A DNA stretch of 61,246 nt, counting the filler. It is 7 parts of 7 records of this genome, joined end to end, with 100 filler letters (N's around TTAATTAATTAA, not from the genome) between each part and the next. Parts side by side here need not be neighbours in the genome. Positions count along the whole stretch, not along the records: positions 53,924 to 61,246 come from SRR31147125_7130; 6 more parts are not named here. One strand, given 5' to 3'. The first letter of the stretch is position 1. Each line of letters starts with the position of its first letter. The notes beneath the pieces are model-generated. The model was given only the letters and a program-made list of their open reading frames with translations, made no database searches and had not been told where the DNA came from. The position numbers were made by a program, and so were the translations under genes. Positions 54,479 to 61,246 of the stretch are shown here, piece by piece.

Positions 54479-54507
54479 ATTATACCCTAAAACGACGTGC
54501 TTGTCAA
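54479..54507 (-). promoter_or_regulatory. Consensus sigma70 promoter
   Basis: TTGACA-17 nt-TATAAT. Confidence 0.85.
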
Positions 54508-54572
54508 ATAGATTTTTAAATAGTTTATATATTGAAATTAATCTTAGAAAATCCTTTCATACTGTAATAATG

Positions 54573-54656
54573 AATCGTTATTTTTATTTATGCGGAAAGA
54601 TGTTTATTCGGTTATTTATACTGAAAAACATTTGTTCGGTTATTTATACGGAAAAT
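54573..54656. repeat. Three 28-bp-period direct repeats upstream of the SatD gene
   Basis: TTCGGTTATTTATAC(T/G)GAAAA at 54607 and 54635; degenerate TATTTATGCGGAAAG at 54585. Confidence 0.75.
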
Positions 54657-54707
54657 TGATGTTTTAAGTGAATTGTGGTATGCTTGTATTAATGAGAGGA
54701 GGTAGAA

Positions 54708-55565
54708 ATGGGCAGCGATAAATTATATATAAAAGAATTGAAAAGAAAATTTGTAAAAAAAACATCACTAACAATAGATGATTTTTATCAATTTTACAAA
54801 GAAATTAATAAAGAGATTAAATTAAATACGGTTCGTTGGTACGTTTATAAGCTAAAAGACCAAAAGATTATAAAAAATATATCTAGAGGTATTTATGTAT
54901 TTGAAAATTCAATAGGAACTGAGGAACTTGAGTATGCTGTAATAACAATAGATATAATAGATTCTTCAAAGCAAGTGAATAAAGAATTTAACAAAATATT
55001 ACTAGAAAAAATTGAAAGATTAAACAAAGAGATAAAAGAAAAGCTAAATTATAAAAGAAAATATTTCATATCACAGGGAGATGAAATACAGATTTTTTGT
55101 TTATATGATGATAGATTAATACGTTTATTATTACTTACTTTAAGTTGTTTAAGTCCTTATAAATGCAGATTTGCGATTAGTATTGGTAATTTCCTTCAAA
55201 ATAGTTTAGCTGAAAACTCCTGGGAAATGAACGGACCTATTTTCTGGAATGGTAGAGATAAATTAAATAATATGAAAAAAAATAAGAAATATAGTGGTGC
55301 AATAGTCTCTGAATATAGTTCGATAGATAATATTTGTAATAAGATGTTAAAAGTTATTCTTAAACTAGTGAATAAAATTTCTCAAAAACAATGGGATGCA
55401 ATTTTTTATCAAATGATAGAAAATGATGTAAATAAGATTATTAAAGAATTAGGAATAAGTCAGACAAGTTATTACGATAGAATAAATAATTCAAATTTGA
55501 GTGAAATAATAGAGGGGCTGGAAGCGATAATTTTGATAATTGATAAAAGGAGGTTACTTGCATAG
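54708..55565 (+). CDS. SatD family protein with extra N-terminal winged-HTH
   Basis: NTVRWYVYKL...ISRGIY wHTH; ITIDIIDSS, QGDEIQ, NGPIFWNGR; C-terminal ELGISQ HTH. Confidence 0.8.
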   Translation: MGSDKLYIKELKRKFVKKTSLTIDDFYQFYKEINKEIKLNTVRWYVYKLKDQKIIKNISRGIYVFENSIGTEELEYAVITIDIIDSSKQVNKEFNKILLEKIERLNKEIKEKLNYKRKYFISQGDEIQIFCLYDDRLIRLLLLTLSCLSPYKCRFAISIGNFLQNSLAENSWEMNGPIFWNGRDKLNNMKKNKKYSGAIVSEYSSIDNICNKMLKVILKLVNKISQKQWDAIFYQMIENDVNKIIKELGISQTSYYDRINNSNLSEIIEGLEAIILIIDKRRLLA

Positions 55566-56383
55566 TGTTTACAATATTGATGCTTATTGCACATACATTT
55601 TCTGATTTCATTTTTCAATCGGAAAATATTGTTAAGGAAAAGGAAAATTTAAAGTTAAAAGGATTCTTTAAACATGGGTTTATTGTTTTCTTCACATCTT
55701 TAATTTTTATAAGCTATACAAATTTTAAAACTATAAAAATAATAATGGTAATATCTTTAATTCATATTGTTATAGATTTTTTTAAAATATTTTCACTTAA
55801 AAAACTTGAGAGCTACGTTGAAGATTCAGTATATAATCTCTGGAAGCTTATATTTTTTATAGTAGATCAAGTTTTGCACATTGGAACAATCCTTTTTATT
55901 GCAAGTGGTGTATCATTAACTAAAAACATCGTTATGGCAGATATTGAAATAATATTAGGAGTGAATAATGTATCAGTTCTTTCAGAGTTAAAGTCATTAT
56001 TTATAATATTGTATGTGACATTTTCAGGAGCATATTTGATCCCATTATTTTTTAATATAATTTATTCCAATATACCAGACTATAATAATAAATTAAATGA
56101 AATACTTAAAAAGGAGATAGAGAATGATAATCACAGCTTTATAAATGAAGTTAAAACAGGTAAATGGATTGGTATATTAGAAAGAATGTTAATGCTAATA
56201 TTTATATTACTTAATCAACTACCTGCATTAGGTGTAATAATTTCAGTTAAATCTCTAGCTAGATTTAAAATGATGGATAGTAAGATTTTTTCAGAATACT
56301 ATTTACTTGGAACTTTGTTAAGTGTGGTTCATACAATTGCAGGGTACTACTTTTTTGCAAAGCTTCTAACTTTAATCAATTAA
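55565..56383 (+). CDS. DUF3307 family multi-pass membrane protein
   Basis: AHTFSDFIFQ, KHG, HIVID, DQVLH, GKWIGILER, KSLARF, EYYLLGTL. Confidence 0.85.
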   Translation: MFTILMLIAHTFSDFIFQSENIVKEKENLKLKGFFKHGFIVFFTSLIFISYTNFKTIKIIMVISLIHIVIDFFKIFSLKKLESYVEDSVYNLWKLIFFIVDQVLHIGTILFIASGVSLTKNIVMADIEIILGVNNVSVLSELKSLFIILYVTFSGAYLIPLFFNIIYSNIPDYNNKLNEILKKEIENDNHSFINEVKTGKWIGILERMLMLIFILLNQLPALGVIISVKSLARFKMMDSKIFSEYYLLGTLLSVVHTIAGYYFFAKLLTLIN

Positions 56384-56409
56384 TAATAATTTATCACAAG
56401 GAGAGTCCT

Positions 56410-56769
56410 ATGATAAGCTGCTATATCAAATATAAACTTAACATGCAACAACTGGATGCTTTTAGGGAATACGCTAAAATCTGGATAAAAATTATAAATG
56501 AACTAGGTGGAACACATCATGGTTATTTTCTGCCAAGTGATGACCCACAAGTAAATGAATATAATAAATTCAGTTTTGGTATGGGTTCAGAAGGAGCCAA
56601 AGACATAGGAGTCGCCGTATTCAGTTTTCCTAGCTGGGAAGTATATGAACAGTATAGACAGGGGGCTAAAAAACACCTTGATTGCGAGAGGTCGAATAAA
56701 CTGGTTGAGGAAACAAAATGTTTCTATTGTTACGAGCGGAACTTTATGAAAGCTATACTATCTGATTAA
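56410..56769 (+). CDS. NIPSNAP family protein
   Basis: FREYAKIW, GGTHHGYFLP, FSFPS..YEQYR, YERNF. Confidence 0.8.
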   Translation: MISCYIKYKLNMQQLDAFREYAKIWIKIINELGGTHHGYFLPSDDPQVNEYNKFSFGMGSEGAKDIGVAVFSFPSWEVYEQYRQGAKKHLDCERSNKLVEETKCFYCYERNFMKAILSD

Positions 56770-56860
56770 TTTACACAAATTACACAAAAAATCAGTTGTA
56801 ATTAAAATAAAACTGATTTTGATTAAACTGTTTTGCAAAAGAGAATTTCTATAAGATATT

Positions 56861-56892
56861 AATGCTCCCGACATGTTTGTTGGGAGCATTTT
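56861..56892 (+). terminator. Probable intrinsic terminator
   Basis: AATGCTCCCGAC...GTTGGGAGCATT + TT. Confidence 0.65.
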
Positions 56893-56898
56893 AGTTTA

Positions 56899-56960
56899 AA
56901 GTGAATATTTGTAAAAATAGAAAGGAATTATAGTTTTATAGTAATTTAACTTTATTTTTT
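56899..56960 (+). repeat. 62-bp direct repeat, copy 1
   Basis: 58/62 identical to 59328-59389. Confidence 0.85.
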
Positions 56961-57242
56961 AAATTTTTCATTAAAAATGACACCTTATGCAAAGGATTAT
57001 ACTTGTATATATATAATATATTGAAAATAAAGAAATTTAAGATTATAATATAAAAGGAGAAGTATGTAGAAAAAGGTGAATAGTTCAATATAAGGGTTAG
57101 TTTGTAAATAGTGTCACATTTATTACTGATTTAATAAACAAAACAGTGAATAAAAAGTGCTCGGAGAGAGGAAAGGGTAGTTGGGAAGAGTGCAAGAATT
57201 TAAACATTGAAGTGATGATAAAGTTGATGGAGGGAGGAAAAG

Positions 57243-59329
57243 ATGAAGATTGGGAAACAGATAGGTTTAGGCTTCTCTGTAACAGTAATCTTATTAGTAA
57301 TTGTTTCGTTATGGGGGATTATAGGTGTCGGAAATATCATTAAAGAATCCAAAAATGTCAACAATGGGAATGAAATCAAAGGAGTAATGCTTCAAAAAGA
57401 GATTGATCATTTGAAGTGGGTCTCAAATGTAAACGCATTATTGACTGATGAGAAAATAACGGAGTTAGATGTTGAAACGAACTATAAAGAGTGTGGGTTG
57501 GGAAAATGGTACTATGGTGAAGGAAGACCGGAAGCAGAAAAATTAATCCCAGCTTTGAAGCCAATTTTTGCGGATATGAAAGAACCACATGAAAAACTTC
57601 ATGAAACAGCAATTAGAATTAATGATGTTTATGAACCAGTTGATTTAACCTTAGCAGAGTTTTTAGCAGAAAAGGAAGTTGATCATTTAAAATGGGCTAA
57701 CACCATATTAACTTTTTTGGTTGAAAAAAAGAAAAACTAGAAATCGAAATGGATGATCATGAGTGCGATTTTGGACAATTTATTTTTGGAGATGCGGGGA
57801 AAAAAATGGCGGAGTCAGACTCTGTTTTAGCTCAACTACTAGAGGAAATAAAGGAGCCACATAAACGACTTCACGATTCAGCAAAAAAAATCCAAACTGT
57901 TTGGAATATTAAAGATCCACAAGCAATGGATGAAGCATATCAAATTTATAAAACTGAGACAAAGCCTACTTTGGAGGAAGTTCGAGACTATATACACAAG
58001 ATGGAAGAAAGGGTAGACAGGAAAATAGAAGGATTAACAAAAGCAAATGAGATATATTCCCATGAAACTTTACCGTATCTTCGTGAAATGGAACATCTGT
58101 TTGAACAAGCTGTAATAACAACAAGTGAAAATATAACAACAGATGAAGAGATGTTAAAGATTGCATCTTCATTAAGAGTTATGATATTAACTTTATCAGT
58201 AATAGCGGTAGTTTTAGCTGTTCTTTTTGCCATAATAATAACAAAAGGAATAACTAAACCAATATTATATTTGGTAAAACATATAGCTAAGATAGGAGAG
58301 TATGATATTTCAGAAGATATCCCAGATATCTACGTCAATAGAAAAGATGAAGTGGGAGTCATGAGTCAGTCACTACAGAATCTTCAAACTAGTTTGAGGA
58401 ACTTAATTGATAAAGTAAAAGATAATTCTAATACTGTAGCGTCATTTTCGGAGGAATTAACCGCTATGTCCGAACAATCTTCATCGGTTTTTCAAGAGAT
58501 GGCAAATAATATTAATGAAATTGCAAAAGGAGCATCAGCTCAAGCTGAAAATGCAAGTGAAGGTGCAGATAATTTAATGAATTTAGGTCAAATTATTGAT
58601 GAAAGTAAAGAAAATATAGCTTCGCTTAATAACAGGTCGATTGAGGTAAATAACTTGGTAAATGAAGGGATAAGAATTGTAAATGAACTAACGGAACATA
58701 CAAAATTGAATAATGCAGTGGCGGAAGAAGCTTCGATGAGCATACAAAAAGCTAATAGAAGTTCAGAGAATATTGAAGAAGCAAGTGCGTTTATAGCCTC
58801 TATATCAGAACAGACGAATTTATTAGCTCTCAATGCCGCAATTGAAGCAGCAAGAGCAGGAGAAGCAGGGAAAGGTTTTGCGGTGGTAGCAGATGAAATA
58901 AGAAAACTAGCTGAACAAACAAGAAAAGCAACTGATGAAATCAATGAACTTATCGATAGTTTAAGAACGGATGTTTCTTTAGTTGTAAATAACATGGAGG
59001 AGTCTCAACAGGTATCGTCTGAGCAATCTAATAAAGTAGTGGAAACAGAAAAAACATTTGGTATCATAACAGAGTCTATAAATCATGTGCAGAACATGAC
59101 AAAGACTCTATCAGATGGCAGTAATAAAATGAATGAGTCAAAAAACTATGTTTCTGGAAAAATAGAATCATTGGCAGCTGTATCTCAGGAGAACGCAGCC
59201 TCTACTCAAGAGGCCTCTGCTGCAATACAACAACAGGCTACTTCTACACAAGAAATTGCATCTGCAAGTACTAAATTATCTAGCTTAGCAGTAGATTTAC
59301 AAAATACTATTGCAATTTTTAAAATTTAA
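57243..59329 (+). CDS. Methyl-accepting chemotaxis protein with two CZB-like sensor domains (frameshift at ~57730)
   Basis: DHLKW...CGLGKW...HEKLH and DHLKW...CDFGQF...[29 protein letters not shown]. Confidence 0.9.
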
Positions 59330-59389
59330 GTGAATATGTGTAAAAATAAAAAAGAATTATAGTTTTATAGCAATTTAACTTTATTTTTT
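59328..59389 (+). repeat. 62-bp direct repeat, copy 2
   Basis: 58/62 identical to 56899-56960. Confidence 0.85.
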
Positions 59390-59527
59390 CAAAATTTTAT
59401 TGTTATGTAAAGCTCTTTCTTTAGTAAAAAATAAACTTTACAAGCAGTCGAAGTATATATTAAATGTTTAGCTTGTATTATTTCTATTAATGTGGTATAT
59501 TGAGTTAAATAATAATAAAATAATATT

Positions 59528-59596
59528 TTACTTGTATAATTCCGAAATACGGTCGGAAGTTTCTACAGCTAACCCTAAATTAGCTACTATGAGTGA
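59528..59596 (+). ncRNA. Purine riboswitch, guanine/hypoxanthine type
   Basis: TATAAT-P2-GTTTCTAC-P3(CCTAAA loop)-ACTATGAG; C at the specificity position. Confidence 0.93.
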
Positions 59597-59629
59597 TTCG
59601 AGATAAAATAAGTGTATTTGGCTATACTT

Positions 59630-59670
59630 AGGTTATCTTCTTTCACTTACGGAAGAAGATAACCTTTTTT
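59630..59670 (+). terminator. Riboswitch expression-platform terminator
   Basis: AGGTTATCTTCTT...AAGAAGATAACCT + T-tract. Confidence 0.85.
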
Positions 59671-59721
59671 CGTTTTTCATTTGTTTAATAAAAAAATTAT
59701 ATAGCAGGAGGAGTTTTATCA

Positions 59722-61041
59722 ATGAAAAATGTATCGCCATATCACTTGAACGGAGTACCACCGCTAAAAGTTGCTTTCCCTTTAGGACTTCAGCATATTT
59801 TAGCGATGTTTGTAAGTAACTTAACACCAATCATAATTGTAGCCGGAGTTTTAGGTCTTCCGCAAGATGAAAAGACATTTTTAATTCAATGTACTATGTT
59901 AGTTGCCGGACTTAATACTATTATTCAATCTCAAACTTTAGGACCTATCGGAGCTAGATTACCGGTTGTAGTTGGAACTAGTTTTGCATTCGTACCTGTA
60001 GCAATCTCTATTGGTAAAAAATATGGTTTCGAAGGAGTTTTAGGAGCTGCACTTGTAGGTGGATTATTTGAAGCGATGCTTGGAACATGTATTGGTAGAA
60101 TTAGAAAGTTCTTCCCACCTATCGTTACTGGAGTAGTTGTACTATCTATTGGTTTATCACTTTTACCAGTTGGAGTAAAATATTTCGCTGGGGGAGTTGG
60201 AGCTGCAGATTTTGGATCACCAGCTAATATGACAATAGGAGTAATTGTTCTTTTAACAGTTATATTCTTTAAACAATTTACAAAAGGAATTACTAGTACT
60301 GCATCAGTAGTAATCGGAACGATTGTAGGATTTATAGTAGCAGCAATGCTTGGAAAGGTTAATTTCACAGCAGTAGCTCAAGCAAATTACTTTGTAGTAC
60401 CAAGACCTTTTACATATGGATTTTCATTTCATTTAGATGCAATCTTAGCTATGGTATTAATGTTCGTAGTATCAGCAGTAGAAACTGTTGGAGATATGTC
60501 AGGTGTTACAATGGGTGGAGCAGGAAGAGAAACTACAGATAAAGAGTTATCTGGTGGAATCATGGCTGATGGTTTCGGAAGTGCACTTGCAGCTTCATTT
60601 AGTATTCTTCCAACTACATCATTCAGTCAAAATACAGGACTTGTAGCTATGACTGGAATTATGAGTAGATATGTTGTAACTGTTGGAGCATCACTTTTAG
60701 TAATCGGTGCATTTATTCCAAAAATAGGAGCCTTATTCACTATCATTCCTCCAAGTGTAATCGGTGGAAGTTTAGTGATGATCTTCGCTATGATATCTAT
60801 TAGTGGAATTAACTTAATTACAAAAGAAAAACTTCAAGGTAGAAACAGCGTAATTATCGCAGTTTCATTAGGACTTGGATATGGTCTTGGAAGTGTTCCT
60901 GAAGCATTAGCACATTTTCCTGAAACAGTTAAACTTATTTTCGGAGGATCAGGAATTGTTGTATCTGGAGCAATAGCCCTTTTGTTAAATATAATTTTAC
61001 CTCAAGATAAAGTTGAAGAAGCAGAATTAAAAAGAGCATAA
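59722..61041 (+). CDS. NCS2 family purine (xanthine-type) permease
   Basis: GLQHILAMF, ETVGD, FSQNTGLV..TG signature; under a purine riboswitch. Confidence 0.93.
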   Translation: MKNVSPYHLNGVPPLKVAFPLGLQHILAMFVSNLTPIIIVAGVLGLPQDEKTFLIQCTMLVAGLNTIIQSQTLGPIGARLPVVVGTSFAFVPVAISIGKKYGFEGVLGAALVGGLFEAMLGTCIGRIRKFFPPIVTGVVVLSIGLSLLPVGVKYFAGGVGAADFGSPANMTIGVIVLLTVIFFKQFTKGITSTASVVIGTIVGFIVAAMLGKVNFTAVAQANYFVVPRPFTYGFSFHLDAILAMVLMFVVSAVETVGDMSGVTMGGAGRETTDKELSGGIMADGFGSALAASFSILPTTSFSQNTGLVAMTGIMSRYVVTVGASLLVIGAFIPKIGALFTIIPPSVIGGSLVMIFAMISISGINLITKEKLQGRNSVIIAVSLGLGYGLGSVPEALAHFPETVKLIFGGSGIVVSGAIALLLNIILPQDKVEEAELKRA

Positions 61042-61060
61042 TTTTAACAAAATATAAAAT

Positions 61061-61098
61061 AGGCTGTTGAAAAGGATAAAACCTTTTCAGCAGCCTTT
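61061..61098 (+). terminator. Intrinsic terminator
   Basis: AGGCTGTTGAAAAGG...CCTTTTCAGCAGCCT + TT. Confidence 0.8.
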
Positions 61099-61216
61099 AT
61101 GCATGTTTGGAGTTTTAAATAGATTTTAAGAAAAATAAAAAAGTGATATAATGATAATTATAGATAATAATTTTGTAATATTTAACAAAATATTAATATT
61201 GTAGAGAAAATTTTTA

Positions 61217-61246
61217 TGTAGGGGCAATTCATGAATTGCTCCTACA
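61217..61246. repeat. GTAG-type REP palindrome
   Basis: TGTAGGGGCAATTCATGAATTGCTCCTACA, near-perfect palindrome. Confidence 0.75.

Noticed and set aside
54573-54656. 28-bp repeats as a mini-CRISPR
   Set aside because: The units are contiguous with no spacer-length unique sequence; an operator array fits better
59528-59596. Adenine or variant-ligand riboswitch
   Set aside because: The specificity base is C and the core is canonical; an ordinary guanine OFF switch

Overview
This window is not one locus. It is seven unrelated contigs joined by six artificial 100-nt spacers (N44-TTAATTAATTAA-N44), so it is probably from a metagenome assembly. (1) 1-11515: Bacteroidota-like pseudaminic-acid/surface-polysaccharide cluster (pseB-C-F, an extra dehydrogenase/aminotransferase/GNAT block, pseG-H fusion, pseI, wzx) downstream of a PorP/SprF gene end. 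(2) 11616-17707: phage-satellite-like element with a serine resolvase, a decayed AbiEii remnant, a Xis-like HTH, a Prim-Pol/VirE primase-helicase, a repeat-rich putative origin, an XRE HTH and Cys-rich lipoproteins. (3) 17808-31156: diderm housekeeping region (M23 peptidase, suhB, mutS2, cvpA, yqeY, rpsU, HIT, rsmE, Omp85-like barrels, RsbW-like). (4) 31257-40764: Clostridia-like region (GT4, truncated GH3, pilB-pilT, rho, GNATs) ending in a PyrR-binding leader. (5) 40865-47907: OmpA/HhH pair, an orphan EF-Ts coupled to TetR behind a palindromic operator, acetolactate decarboxylase and a GGDEF-receiver-CheC module. (6) 48008-53823: GH29-GH116-GH95 glycosidases. (7) 53924-61246: probable carA behind a U-rich leader ORF overlapping a terminator, an HTH-SatD/DUF3307 pair with 28-bp upstream repeats, NIPSNAP, a CZB chemoreceptor flanked by 62-bp direct repeats, a guanine riboswitch-NCS2 permease and a GTAG REP. 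About 16 genes are split by small frameshifts, mostly in homopolymers (including rpsU), which points to sequencing error. Best novelty candidates: the pyrL-like carA attenuator, the SatD/DUF3307 module, the TetR-controlled accessory EF-Ts and the satellite-like element. All family and taxonomic calls come from motif recognition by eye, not database searches.
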